A stretch of 64,000 nt of DNA from an uncultured virus (IMG/VR IMGVR_UViG_3300027834_000001). Taxonomy: Duplodnaviria > Heunggongvirae > Uroviricota > Caudoviricetes. Positions 20,803-31,053 of this stretch are shown here, in pieces (position 1 is the stretch's first letter; the number at the start of each line of letters is the position of its first letter). The notes below the pieces were generated by a model that did not search any database, was not told the origin of the DNA, and saw nothing but the letters and a program-made list of their open reading frames with translations. Where the stretch lies: the IMG/VR virus record IMGVR_UViG_3300027834_000001. One strand, given 5' to 3'. The translations under genes and the position numbers were made by a program.

Positions 20803-21482
20803 TGCTTCCTGGAATTGTAGCAGCAACAGAAGGGGGTTCATCCGGCGGCACCGGACCAGAACTTCCTATTGGAGTTCCAGTTCCTCTTGTATGGATAACT
20901 CCTAGAGAAGTTGAATTGGATGGTAGCGGTAATGTAACTAAGTTCTTAAATCAGGGATCAACTGGATCAACTAATGACGCAACTCCAAGCACAGCCAATC
21001 TTTGCACAATAGTTCAGCCAGCTTCTTGGGGAGGACAAGATGTAATCAATATTCCAGATACAGGTGGAGGTGGTTACGATATGTCAAATATAGTCGAAGC
21101 CAGGACCATAGTGGCTGTGGCAACTTATCAAGATGGTGTTCAAGCGACTTTCACTAACTATGATGGATTAGTTGGTGGAGGAACAGGTTCTTCCATTGAA
21201 CTTTCTGGAAAAAATGGTACGAGTGAATTGTTCTTCACTAGTTTCCCAACATATAAGAACGGTATCTTGGTTCCAACTAGATCTGTTCTTCCTATGGATA
21301 AGACTGGAATCGCAATTACTAACTCTGCTACCGACTCTGCAGCAGCAGCATTGTTTCATGACGATTTTAGCACTTCTAGAAATTGGGTGGGTCTCTGTGG
21401 AGATGTTATTATATTTCAGTCTGTTCTAACTGATACTCAAATTCTTGATGTTCATAATTCAATTATGGATTTTTACGCATGA
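20802..21482 (+). CDS. Putative receptor-binding protein, LamG/lectin-like
   Basis: NWVGLCGDVIIFQSVLTD C-terminus resembles LamG-like folds. DNA is AT-rich. Confidence 0.55.
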   Translation: MLPGIVAATEGGSSGGTGPELPIGVPVPLVWITPREVELDGSGNVTKFLNQGSTGSTNDATPSTANLCTIVQPASWGGQDVINIPDTGGGGYDMSNIVEARTIVAVATYQDGVQATFTNYDGLVGGGTGSSIELSGKNGTSELFFTSFPTYKNGILVPTRSVLPMDKTGIAITNSATDSAAAALFHDDFSTSRNWVGLCGDVIIFQSVLTDTQILDVHNSIMDFYA

Positions 21483-21760
21483 AAAAGGATACTCGTTTTC
21501 AAAATCGCCGACGCATGGCTTGGATCTCATTCTTCTTTATGTTGATGGTAGGTGGATGGATGTTAGTTCTTGGAGTTACCCAAGAAGGAGCAGCAGATAG
21601 GGTCGAGAAACTGAGTTTCCTATTGGGTTCCATATTCGGTATGTGTACCACAATCATCGTTAGTTATTTTACTTCCTCAACTATGACTCAAATGAATGAC
21701 ACTAAATTTGTTACCGATGATCTACCGACACCAGAGGAGCCGCAGGATGCACCACACTAG
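21479..21760 (+). CDS. Putative holin (2 TM)
   Basis: NRRRMAW followed by two hydrophobic helices, at the start of the lysis cassette. Confidence 0.6.
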   Translation: MKKDTRFQNRRRMAWISFFFMLMVGGWMLVLGVTQEGAADRVEKLSFLLGSIFGMCTTIIVSYFTSSTMTQMNDTKFVTDDLPTPEEPQDAPH

Positions 21761-21880
21761 CCGCCGCGCCCCTATACCCCGCAACCATACCACAAGGGCC
21801 GCAGGCGGACGCCCTGTGGTGCCGCTGGCTGCACTATGCCCCGCCGCCTTGCCACCAGCGCGTCCGTAGAGGTCAACACT

Positions 21881-22252
21881 ATGTTATCGCTTCTAATTTC
21901 ACTGTTCGGAAAACGCGCTGGGGTTGCATTGGCGAAGTTTTTGCCATACATCTTGGTCGCACTAGCTATCGGCTTTGCTCTGTGGTGGGTCTACGATAGC
22001 GGCTACGACCGTGGTGTCGAAGTCACCGAACAAAAATATCAAACCGCCATCCAAGAAGAACGCCATCGCCAAATCGAGGCCAACAATGAGGCACTTGAGG
22101 AAGCGAGGCAAAGACAGCTAGAACTCGAGAGACTACTTGATGAACGCAACACGGAAATTGAAGGACTGTTGCTTGAAGGTTCCGAAGACCCTGATGCTGA
22201 TCGCCGCGCTATCGGTGATGACAGCGTGTTCAGACTCAATCGGATCCGTTGA
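21881..22252 (+). CDS. Rz-like inner-membrane spanin
   Basis: N-terminal TM, YDSGYDRG and a coiled coil. Overlaps a lipoprotein gene. Confidence 0.7.
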   Translation: MLSLLISLFGKRAGVALAKFLPYILVALAIGFALWWVYDSGYDRGVEVTEQKYQTAIQEERHRQIEANNEALEEARQRQLELERLLDERNTEIEGLLLEGSEDPDADRRAIGDDSVFRLNRIR

Positions 22253-22454
22253 GCCTCCTATCCTAGTTGACCCTCCTCTTGGGTTAACTGCTGCTTGCGA
22301 GCGGCCTGGACTGCTGCCTGATCGTTCCCTCACTCAAGCGGAAGTAGAGTTCTTTTGGATTAATGATAGATCACATTTAATCAGTTGCGGACTGCAACTT
22401 CAAGCACTCATCGACTTCTATAAGAAGCGTGATACAAGGATCACAGACACATGA
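22194..22454 (+). CDS. Rz1-like outer-membrane spanin lipoprotein
   Basis: Lipobox-like VMTAC, Pro-rich PPILVDPP, then W..DR..L..C. Start is uncertain. Confidence 0.7.
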   Translation: MLIAALSVMTACSDSIGSVEPPILVDPPLGLTAACERPGLLPDRSLTQAEVEFFWINDRSHLISCGLQLQALIDFYKKRDTRITDT

Positions 22455-22771
22455 ACGGAATTACAGTATCGCTCCCAGAAGTTCTAAGCATCTTAGGTTT
22501 AGCGGTCACAGCTTCTGGTATCTTCGGAACAATTCTCTGGAACCTCTGGAGAAAAGTCATGTCAAATTCTACTGCTGTCGCCGTTTCTCATCAAGCTCTT
22601 TCAGATGAAATCCATGAATTCAAGCTGCAAGTCGCAGAGAAATATGTTAGCGGAAATCGTCTCGCCGACATGGAACAGAAAATGCTTCTCAGTGAGGAGA
22701 GGTTAATTTCATCTATGGGCAACCTGACCTCACGGATTGACAGGATGCTCGAAAGAATGGAGAAATCATAA
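22451..22771 (+). CDS. Membrane protein of lysis cassette (holin/antiholin-like)
   Basis: One N-terminal TM plus coiled coil, FKLQVAEKYVS. Confidence 0.55.
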   Translation: MNGITVSLPEVLSILGLAVTASGIFGTILWNLWRKVMSNSTAVAVSHQALSDEIHEFKLQVAEKYVSGNRLADMEQKMLLSEERLISSMGNLTSRIDRMLERMEKS

Positions 22772-23277
22772 TGGCATATGTACTCGGAAGAAACTCAAAG
22801 AAAAACCTGCAAGGCGTTCATCCGAAGCTGGTCGAACTCGTGAAAGAGTGTATCAAGATCACGCCTGTCGATTTCACAATCTTGGCAGATGGCGGTCTCC
22901 GCACTGCATCCATGCAAAACAAACTCTTCAAGCGTGGCGCATCAAAGCTGGATGGCCGTAGTCGCAAGTCCAAGCACCAGAAGCAGACCAGTGGATTTGG
23001 CGAAGCTGTGGATCTCGTCCCTTACGTTGGGTCTCCACGCTGGGAATGGCCTCTCATCTATCCGATCGCAGGCTGCATGGCTTACCTGAGCCGTGAGATG
23101 GATCTGGAATTGCGGTGGGGAGGTGTGTGGGACAAGGAACTTGACGAGTACGCTCCAAGGAACCTGAACAGCCCAGAAAGCTACGCGCAAGCGATGAAAA
23201 AGGCTGTTCGTGACTACACCGTTCGGCATCCTGGACCAGACTTTATTGACGGGCCGCACTATGAGATGCTGCACTAA
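22771..23277 (+). CDS. Endolysin, peptidase M15 (L-Ala-D-Glu peptidase) family
   Basis: LQGVHPKL, GLRT...Q, SKH...AVDL, LRWGG.W and DGPHYE zinc-peptidase motifs. Confidence 0.9.
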   Translation: MAYVLGRNSKKNLQGVHPKLVELVKECIKITPVDFTILADGGLRTASMQNKLFKRGASKLDGRSRKSKHQKQTSGFGEAVDLVPYVGSPRWEWPLIYPIAGCMAYLSREMDLELRWGGVWDKELDEYAPRNLNSPESYAQAMKKAVRDYTVRHPGPDFIDGPHYEMLH

Positions 23278-23286
23278 AGCCTATTA

Positions 23287-23560
23287 GTGAAGTCAAGTGA
23301 AGTCATCTCGGTTGTCTTACTGCGTTGTTATTAAAGCAAAGATTATCGCCTGACTTCACTTGCACCCCTGACACCCCTAGTTCGCTGGTTGCTAAGGCTG
23401 GCGCGTTTAGCTGGCTAGGGTTTTTGGTAAAGTAAGTAAAGTAAGTAAAGTCAGTGATAAATAAAGTAAATAAAAACAAAGGGTTGAGATGCCCTCACTT
23501 TGGGCCAATGGACGCTTCACGAATGAAGTCAGGGGAGTCAGCGAGGTTGTCACCCCTAGC
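23287..23560. repeat. Repeat-rich intergenic region, candidate replication origin
   Basis: GTGAAGTCA direct repeats at 23287 and 23297. 12-bp inverted repeat 23294-23305/23351-23362. Tandem GTAAAGTAA units, an A-rich tract, and CACCCCTAG twice. Confidence 0.6.
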
Positions 23561-23597
23561 TTGCTTGGGTTAAGGTGCAATTAGAAAAGGAGCAACA

Positions 23598-25067
23598 ATG
23601 GATATTCAAGATTACCCGCACGTGATTGAGCCATTTGATCACCAGCGCAGCCACTTAGCCGAACATGTCGAAGAAAGATCTTGGGGTCTGCTATGGGAGC
23701 AAGGTACTGCCAAGACCAAACCTATCGTGGACACCGCCGCCTACCTGTACGACGAAGGCAAGATTGACGCCCTAGTCGTTGTCGCTCCTCCTGGAGTTGA
23801 GCGCAACTGGAACACAGACGAAATCCCAAAACACATGCCGCCAGACTACAGTTTCGATTGTATGGTCTCGGTGTTCCTCACTGCTAAAAAGAACACCAAG
23901 GCACACAAACGGAACATGAACGCCTTGCTCAATTGGGATGGCCTTGCTATACTGCTAATCAGTTACAATGCCTTTATGACTAAAGAGGGAAAGGAATTCA
24001 TTTGGAAGTTCCTCAAGAAGCGGCGGTGTCTATATGTACTCGACGAAGCCCATAACATTAAGACTCCCAATGCCAAGCGGACCAAGTCAATTGTCGCGTC
24101 TGGCAAATATGCTGAATACCGTCGTATCCTTACCGGAACCCCCGTGGCTATCGGACCATTCGACCTCTATAGTCAAGTTCGTTTCCTCGACGAATACTTC
24201 TGGAAGAACAAAGGTATCCATGGAAGCGTAGAGTTTCGTCAGTTCTTTGGGCGCTGGTTCACACGTGCGGACTGCCAGAAACTTCACGGCTATGATCCTG
24301 GATACGATAAGCTACTTGAATATCAGAACCTCGATATCCTCAGGGAATGGCTTTCCGAAATCACCGATCGTGTACTCAAGGACGATGTCCTCGATCTCCC
24401 ACCAAAGCTATACTCCAAGCGTTACTTTGATATGTCACGTGAAATGAAGGCAGCTTACCAAGAGTTGTCCGAAGAACTGATGCTGGAAATCGGTGACGAG
24501 ATTATTACCGCTGAACTACCTATCGTGAAGCTTCTCAGATTGCAGCAAATCGCATGTAACTACATTCCTATCGGCGAGGAACAGCCTGTGCATATGTTCT
24601 CTGGGTCAAACCCACGCCTCAAACTCATGGAGACCATCCGCGATGAAACCTACAGTCCCACCATTGTCTGGGCACGATTTACTCATGATGTCGATCAACT
24701 CATGGACCTGTTGGGCAAAGATGCTGTACGGTATGACGGATCCGTTGATGATGATGAAGCTGAGAGAAACAAACTTGCGTTTCAACGAGGCGATGCTAAG
24801 TGGTTTGTCGGGACAGCCCAAAAGGGCGGACCAGGACTGACGCTGACCCAAGCGAAGACCATGATCTACTACTCCAACAGTTACCGTCTGATCGATAGAC
24901 TGCAATCTGAAGACCGTTGTCACCGCGCTGGTATGGACGAGCATCCCGTCAATTATATTGACCTTGTGTGCAATGATACAGTTGACGAAGACATTGTCGA
25001 CAACCTCCGAAACAAACGTAACGTGGCCGTGGAAATCCAAGGTGACGAATGGAAGGAATGGATATGA
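23598..25067 (+). CDS. SNF2-family helicase
   Basis: EQGTAKT, LDEAH, LTGTP and QSEDRCHR motifs. Confidence 0.92.
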   Translation: MDIQDYPHVIEPFDHQRSHLAEHVEERSWGLLWEQGTAKTKPIVDTAAYLYDEGKIDALVVVAPPGVERNWNTDEIPKHMPPDYSFDCMVSVFLTAKKNTKAHKRNMNALLNWDGLAILLISYNAFMTKEGKEFIWKFLKKRRCLYVLDEAHNIKTPNAKRTKSIVASGKYAEYRRILTGTPVAIGPFDLYSQVRFLDEYFWKNKGIHGSVEFRQFFGRWFTRADCQKLHGYDPGYDKLLEYQNLDILREWLSEITDRVLKDDVLDLPPKLYSKRYFDMSREMKAAYQELSEELMLEIGDEIITAELPIVKLLRLQQIACNYIPIGEEQPVHMFSGSNPRLKLMETIRDETYSPTIVWARFTHDVDQLMDLLGKDAVRYDGSVDDDEAERNKLAFQRGDAKWFVGTAQKGGPGLTLTQAKTMIYYSNSYRLIDRLQSEDRCHRAGMDEHPVNYIDLVCNDTVDEDIVDNLRNKRNVAVEIQGDEWKEWI

Positions 25068-25402
25068 CCGTCTACGCAATCCAGCAACAGATGAAATTCG
25101 ACGCAACAAAGCGGGAATTGGTGCCACGCTTCCCATCAATTCACAAAGCTGAGAAGTGGGGGCCGATCGTCTATGTCCTCTCCCCATCCGCTCACCCTTT
25201 CAACCCTGAACTCATTCTTGGTGACATTCACGAAAAGCTGTCTGGGTTCAATGACGATGACTTTCTTCTGCTCATCGGTAATCCAGGATTGATTGGAATG
25301 TCCACCGCTGTTGCTGCTCACTATAATAGCGGCAAAGTGAAGTTTCTCCAATGGTCAGGGAGACATGGAGAGTACACGGAGATAGTCGCTGAGATATTTT
25401 GA
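25064..25402 (+). CDS. Hypothetical protein
   Basis: DFLLLIGNP..I and LQW motifs. Overlaps the helicase stop. Confidence 0.7.
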   Translation: MTVYAIQQQMKFDATKRELVPRFPSIHKAEKWGPIVYVLSPSAHPFNPELILGDIHEKLSGFNDDDFLLLIGNPGLIGMSTAVAAHYNSGKVKFLQWSGRHGEYTEIVAEIF

Positions 25403-25462
25403 TGTTGTCACTTGCCACCTGATGAGGTAGGTTGAGCAAACAGATAGCCCAAGGACATAACC

Positions 25463-26011
25463 ATGACAGATGATCCGTATGCCGCGTTCAAAGACGAAGC
25501 AATTCCAGGAAACCTCGAACAAGTATTGATGCAACTCGCTGATGAGTTGGAAGCCGCTGATGAAGCAGTAGCCGCTGCCGAACTGGCTCTGGAAGCTGCG
25601 AAGGACGACCGCAAGGATATTGCAGAGGTACGTATCCCAGCCGCCACAGAAGGCATGAACGGGAAGCTGCTGCTCAAGGATGGGCGCACACTGGAGGTCA
25701 AGGAAGACATCCGTTCCAGTATCGCAGGTGAAAAGCGTGTGCCTGCTATTAAATGGCTGGACGAACACGACTATGGTCACATCGTCAAGCGTGAATTAGT
25801 GTTCAAGTTCGCCAAAGGAGACGATAAAGGATACAAGCAATTCCAGAAGGCGGTCAAGAAGATCAAAATGCCTCTGGTGATGACAGAACAATTTAGCGTT
25901 CACCACGCTACACTCAACGCATGGGTGAAGGAACAGCTTGGTGAAGGCGTAGAGCTACCTAAGGAGACGTTCGGTATTTTCCGACAGCGCGTCGCCAAGG
26001 TGAAGGAGTAG
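25463..26011 (+). CDS. Conserved phage replication-module protein
   Basis: A.KWL..H.YG.IVK and VH..TL.AWVKEQL motifs. Has its own promoter. Confidence 0.75.
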   Translation: MTDDPYAAFKDEAIPGNLEQVLMQLADELEAADEAVAAAELALEAAKDDRKDIAEVRIPAATEGMNGKLLLKDGRTLEVKEDIRSSIAGEKRVPAIKWLDEHDYGHIVKRELVFKFAKGDDKGYKQFQKAVKKIKMPLVMTEQFSVHHATLNAWVKEQLGEGVELPKETFGIFRQRVAKVKE

Positions 26012-26165
26012 CTGGACCATGAAGGATGGAGTTAGGACTGCTTTTAATCTCCAGCAGTTTTAATGAATGGAGGTGGATCCGCCCTCTCAGCTATACTGGT
26101 CCAGGGATTGCCAGTCTATAAAATCCCATCAACAAACTAACTTTTAACTTATGAAGGAATGCCAA

Positions 26166-27032
26166 ATGGCTGGAAAAGCAGTGGCGAAAGCCAAAGACAC
26201 CGACGTCGGTGCATACGACTACGGTGATCACAAACACGAGGGCTTTGAAGACGTCAAAGTCACAGACCTCTCCATTCCGTTTATCTCTGTTATGCAGAGC
26301 AACTCGGTGCTGGTCGAGGACGAAGACCACCCTGCCAAGTCGGGTGATCTGGTTAACTCTGTGACAGGCGAAATCGTACCGCAGCCTATCATCGTGCAAC
26401 CGATCCACAAGGATCACCTGTGGGCCGAATGGGTTCCTCGCTCAAAAGGCGGTGGACGCGGCGACTCCCACGAAGATGGTTCCCCGCTGGTGCTGGACAT
26501 CCTCAAGAAGAATGGCGGTTCCCGCATTCCTCCTGAGAACGCAGATGGCCAACGTATGCCGTTCAAGACTCCGGACGGTATGGACCTCATCGAAACACAC
26601 TATGTCTACTGCTTGATCCTGGATGAGACCGGGACTGAGAGCATTGGCTACTGTGTTCTCCCGTTCTCGAGCACCAAGATCAAGGTGCAGAAGGACTGGT
26701 GGACTTCGATGTACACGATCAAGGGCGCTCCGCCTTTGATGGCTAACCGTGCCAAGGTTTCTACTACTAGGCAGACTGCGAAAGGCAAGACGTTCTATAA
26801 CTTGTTGATCCGTCCGTTCGGTGAAACCTGGATTGGCTCTCTGATCAAGCCAGATGAGGCTGGTCTGCTGATGCTGACTGCGGCACGTGAATTCCGAGAG
26901 ATGATCGAAGGTGGACTGGCCAAAGCGGCTGTTGAAACCGAAGGTAAGGTCTCGGACACAGGGTCGGGCGGCGACTCCTCGAACGGCGGCGGTTCGGGTG
27001 ATGGCGACGGCGGCGACGAGATACCGTTCTAA
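26166..27032 (+). CDS. ssDNA-binding/annealing-like protein
   Basis: GFEDV...DL.IPF and EWVPR..GGG. Acidic Gly-rich tail ending DEIPF. Confidence 0.65.
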   Translation: MAGKAVAKAKDTDVGAYDYGDHKHEGFEDVKVTDLSIPFISVMQSNSVLVEDEDHPAKSGDLVNSVTGEIVPQPIIVQPIHKDHLWAEWVPRSKGGGRGDSHEDGSPLVLDILKKNGGSRIPPENADGQRMPFKTPDGMDLIETHYVYCLILDETGTESIGYCVLPFSSTKIKVQKDWWTSMYTIKGAPPLMANRAKVSTTRQTAKGKTFYNLLIRPFGETWIGSLIKPDEAGLLMLTAAREFREMIEGGLAKAAVETEGKVSDTGSGGDSSNGGGSGDGDGGDEIPF

Positions 27033-27113
27033 GTTGGGCTGACTTAACGGATCTCACTGGAGGGGCAGGACTTACCCACCTGTCCCTCCTAACCTATCTT
27101 TAAGGAGGCCCAT

Positions 27114-28364
27114 ATGGATTTCTCAAATCAGCAGGAAGACGCCTTACGGAAGGTGAACACATGGCTCAAGAGCGGGGACAAACAAGTGTTCCATTTCTTT
27201 GGGTATGCTGGCACAGGCAAAACAACACTCGCCAAACACATCGCAGAAGGTATCGGAGGTGAAGTCATATTCGCTGCCTACACTGGCAAGGCTGCACATG
27301 TTCTTCGCTCCAAAGGCTGCGAAAACGCCTGCACTATTCACAGCCTAATCTACCACTCTCGGGACAAGAGCCGCGTCAAACTGGTAGAACTCGAACACGA
27401 ACTCGAGATGCTCGTCAAAGAACTCGAACAATCTAACATGAAGGATGACTATATTGAGCAACATTCTAAAGTACGACGACTGCGAGCCGATATCAAGACA
27501 GAGAGCGACAACTCCGAACAGCCGTTCTTCGTACTGAACACAGACAGCATTATCAAAGACGCCGACCTTGTGATCATTGACGAATGCTCAATGGTGGATG
27601 GTCAGATGGGACCAGACCTTCTGTCGTTTGGAATTCCTGTTCTTGTCTTGGGTGATCCCGCACAATTGCCGCCCGTCGGTGGCGCTGGGTTCTTCACAGA
27701 AAACGTAAAGCCTGATGTCATGCTTACAGACATTCACAGGCAGGCAGGTGAGAGCCCTATTATCCGCATGGCTACCGAGACACGGAATCAGATTGCTCTG
27801 ACAATTGGTGACTACGGGGATAACTGTATTGTTCACCCAGAAGGGACAAAGCTTGACACCGAAACTATGCTCTCGTTTGATCAGATCTTGGTCGGCAAGA
27901 ACGTGACGCGACGTCTCACCAACAGCAAACTTCGCAAGTTGAAAGGCATTGATGACAAATACCCTGTAGTCGGAGACAGATTAGTTTGCCTTAGAAACAA
28001 TAGTGAACTAGGGTTGCTAAACGGGGCTATCTTCGAGGTCTCTGATGTCACTGGCGTCATGGACCAAAAAGTGTTCATGTCTATGCACCCAGAGGACAGT
28101 CTAGCCTCGATTGAAATATCTGCCCACGAACATCATTTCCTCGGAACCGAAGAACATCTCGGTTGGTACGAGAAACGCGAGGCGCAGGAATTTGCTTATG
28201 GATATGGACTGACGTGTCACAAGGCACAAGGCTCACAATGGCGCAGCGTTTGCGTCTTCGACGAGAGTTATTGCTTCCGCAAAGATAAGTGGCGGTGGCT
28301 CTATACTGCGATAACCAGAGCGGCTGACAATGTCACCGTCGTTAGAATGAAAGGTAATCTATGA
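27114..28364 (+). CDS. RecD/Dda-like SF1B helicase
   Basis: GYAGTGKT, IIDECSMV, GDPAQLPPV, HKAQGSQW and YTAITRA. Confidence 0.92.
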   Translation: MDFSNQQEDALRKVNTWLKSGDKQVFHFFGYAGTGKTTLAKHIAEGIGGEVIFAAYTGKAAHVLRSKGCENACTIHSLIYHSRDKSRVKLVELEHELEMLVKELEQSNMKDDYIEQHSKVRRLRADIKTESDNSEQPFFVLNTDSIIKDADLVIIDECSMVDGQMGPDLLSFGIPVLVLGDPAQLPPVGGAGFFTENVKPDVMLTDIHRQAGESPIIRMATETRNQIALTIGDYGDNCIVHPEGTKLDTETMLSFDQILVGKNVTRRLTNSKLRKLKGIDDKYPVVGDRLVCLRNNSELGLLNGAIFEVSDVTGVMDQKVFMSMHPEDSLASIEISAHEHHFLGTEEHLGWYEKREAQEFAYGYGLTCHKAQGSQWRSVCVFDESYCFRKDKWRWLYTAITRAADNVTVVRMKGNL

Positions 28365-30226
28365 GACATCAGGAGAAGCGACGGATGGTTGGTCCACAAA
28401 ACCCACACTGCGATGCAATAGGCGCAGAGAAATATCGAGGCAAAAACGAAGATCACAGAGAGGCCTCAAATCGAGTAGCAGGTTTCCTTCAAGACAGTCA
28501 CGAACACTACATGGCATTTCGAGAATGTACCATGGATCAGCGGTTCATGCCTCCTGGACGTGTTCAAGCTGGCGCTGGTTCGCTCAAGAACGTGACGCTC
28601 TACAACTGCTTTGTCATGCCTACCATTCACGACAGTTTTGTGGATGGTCCTACAGAAGCCGAGCGACTGCTCTGTACTACTGCCCTCTCACATCCTCCAG
28701 AAAGCATCATGGACGTTGCCAAGCTAGCCGCGACCACCATGCGACAAGGTGGTGGAGTTGGCTACGACTTCTCAACCTTGCGCCCCTCTGGTGACATCAT
28801 TAAGGGTGTAGACAGCACCACAGACGGTCCCCTTGCCTTCGCAGGTATATTTGACAAAGTGTGTGGCTGCACTGCCTCAGCGGGGAACAGACGTGGCGCA
28901 CAGATGATGGTTCTGCGTTGTGACCACCCTGACATCGAAGAATTCATCCGTGCCAAGCAAGTCTCAGACTACAGCGTTCCGTGGGAATATCGTCCACTGC
29001 GCGGCTTCAACATGTCGGTCGCTGTTACTGACGAATTGATGGAAGCTGTCAAGGCTGATGGTATGTTCACGTTGAAGTTCGGTGGCGTGGATTACCGCGA
29101 AGTCAACGCTCGTGCCCTGTGGGACATGATCATGCGCGGAACTTACGATTGGGCCGAACCAGGAGTCCTGTTCATTGATCGCATTAACGAGATGAATAAT
29201 CTCTACTATTGCGAACAGATCGCGGCGACCAATCCTTGCGGCGAACAGCCTCTCCCTCCCTATGGTGCCTGCCTCTTGGGTTCATTCAACGCTGTGAAAT
29301 ACCTGATCAAGGATCCAGCAGTCGGCGAAGAGTGGTTCTTCAATTGGGCACAGCTTGAAGCAGACATCCCTCACGTGGTGCGCGCTATGGACAATGTGAT
29401 CGATCGGAGCCGCTACCCTCTCCCAGAGCAACGTATGGAAGCCCAAAGGAAGCGTAGGATGGGCCTCGGTATTACTGGCCTCGCCAATGCTCTGGAAGCA
29501 ATGGGCTTTCCATACGGCACACCAAAGTTCATCGAGTTCCAGGACAAACTTGGTGAGTTCATTGCGAACCACTGCTATCAGGCTTCGGCCCGTCTAGCAG
29601 GTGAAAAAGGTTCGTTCCCACTGTATGACGAGACACGTTACCTCGCATCACAATTCGTCGGCGGCCTGTGGGAAGACACGATCAAATTAATCAAGAAGCA
29701 CGGCATCCGCAATTCCCACCTGACAAGCATCGCACCGACTGGCACTATCTCGCTGTATGCTGACAACGTATCATCAGGTATTGAGCCAGTCATCGCCTAC
29801 CAGCAAAAGCGTAACGTCATTATGAAGTCCGGTGTTGAAACCGTTCTTATCCCTGACTATGGCGTGTCTGTTCTTGGGCATAAGGGTCGCACTGTTACTG
29901 ATGGAAACATCACTGCTGATGAGCATGTTGCGGTTCTATGTACTGCCCAAAGGTGGAGCGATAGCGCGGTCTCGAAAACATGCAACGTTCCTGCTGACTT
30001 CCCATACGAAGACTTCAAGAACATCTACATGTCTGCATGGGAGAACGGTGCCAAAGGTCTGACAACCTATCGTCCGGCTGGCAACTACGACGAGCCGATC
30101 AAAGCTGCTGATGGCAACGAGGAAGCTGACGCAGAAGTGGCCAAGGTAGCTGCGATGCAAACTGAAGACGGTGGCTCTTGTACGCTTGACGAGTTCGGCC
30201 GCAAGACTGGTGCCTGCGCCGATTAA
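28361..30226 (+). CDS. nrdJ: Class II (AdoCbl-dependent) ribonucleotide reductase
   Basis: NCFV, RRGAQM, EPGVLFIDRIN, TNPCGEQPL and APTGTIS. No beta-subunit gene nearby. Confidence 0.9.
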   Translation: MRHQEKRRMVGPQNPHCDAIGAEKYRGKNEDHREASNRVAGFLQDSHEHYMAFRECTMDQRFMPPGRVQAGAGSLKNVTLYNCFVMPTIHDSFVDGPTEAERLLCTTALSHPPESIMDVAKLAATTMRQGGGVGYDFSTLRPSGDIIKGVDSTTDGPLAFAGIFDKVCGCTASAGNRRGAQMMVLRCDHPDIEEFIRAKQVSDYSVPWEYRPLRGFNMSVAVTDELMEAVKADGMFTLKFGGVDYREVNARALWDMIMRGTYDWAEPGVLFIDRINEMNNLYYCEQIAATNPCGEQPLPPYGACLLGSFNAVKYLIKDPAVGEEWFFNWAQLEADIPHVVRAMDNVIDRSRYPLPEQRMEAQRKRRMGLGITGLANALEAMGFPYGTPKFIEFQDKLGEFIANHCYQASARLAGEKGSFPLYDETRYLASQFVGGLWEDTIKLIKKHGIRNSHLTSIAPTGTISLYADNVSSGIEPVIAYQQKRNVIMKSGVETVLIPDYGVSVLGHKGRTVTDGNITADEHVAVLCTAQRWSDSAVSKTCNVPADFPYEDFKNIYMSAWENGAKGLTTYRPAGNYDEPIKAADGNEEADAEVAKVAAMQTEDGGSCTLDEFGRKTGACAD

Positions 30227-30336
30227 AAGTTGTCTCGGAACGACAAAAAGTGGTTGCCTCTGGTATCCGAATAAGGTAGGGTCAAATATGCCTTAATCCG
30301 AGGCAACATTTAATATCACAGAAAGCGAGATACAGA

Positions 30337-31053
30337 ATGGATATCAACTTCAACGACACCGCATATACTGAGGCCTCTCTGGCCGACATGTCCGTTGACG
30401 ATCTTCTGACCCTGCGCAATGAAGTGGCTGTCAGCCTCGGCGTCGCGGAAGTGAAGGGTTTCAAAGATCAGGCGGCTGGCGCTACTCAGACCTGGAAGGC
30501 ACTGCAACGCCACTCGAAGGCGGCTGCGAGCGCTGAAAAGAAAGCTGCAAAAGCGAAGGCTCCACCCAAGGAGCGTGGACTTGCCAAGTCGGCGGAAGCC
30601 AAGACGGTCAAGCGTCCGAACAAGAAAATGTTTTCTACCATTACCAAAACTGGCGAACACGACGGCACTCAGGGACGGACCCATCGCTGGCCGAACTACA
30701 AAGACGGCATGACCATCGTTGACGTGATCGAGACCGAAGGCACCGAGCCGTGGGACGTCTACAATTGGGCTGGTCAGGGTATCATGTCTGTGACCGAGCC
30801 GACCGACGAAGAGTTCGCAACTCGCAAGGCGGCATGGTACAAGAAGCACGGCCTGACCGATCCGGAAGCGGCGAAAGCTGCCAAGGCAAAGGAACGCGCC
30901 GAAGCCAAGGAAGCTCGCGAGAAGGCCGCTGCTGAGAAGAAAGCGGAACGCGAAGCTGCCAAGGAAGCCAAGGCCAAAGAACGGGCCGAAGCGAAAGCTG
31001 TCAAAGAAAAGGCCGCTGCTGACAAAGCTGCTGCGAAGGCCGCTGCTGAGTAA
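30337..31053 (+). CDS. Putative DNA-binding protein with Lys/Ala/Glu-rich tail
   Basis: YKDGMTI central domain and about 60 aa of AKAKERAEAK-type repeats. Coupled to the modification cluster. Confidence 0.7.
   Translation: MDINFNDTAYTEASLADMSVDDLLTLRNEVAVSLGVAEVKGFKDQAAGATQTWKALQRHSKAAASAEKKAAKAKAPPKERGLAKSAEAKTVKRPNKKMFSTITKTGEHDGTQGRTHRWPNYKDGMTIVDVIETEGTEPWDVYNWAGQGIMSVTEPTDEEFATRKAAWYKKHGLTDPEAAKAAKAKERAEAKEAREKAAAEKKAEREAAKEAKAKERAEAKAVKEKAAADKAAAKAAAE

Noticed and set aside
12741..21482. Diversity-generating retroelement
   Set aside because: No reverse transcriptase and no TR/VR repeat pair seen.
23425..23455. CRISPR array
   Set aside because: Short tandem GTAAAGTAA units without spacers, and no cas genes.
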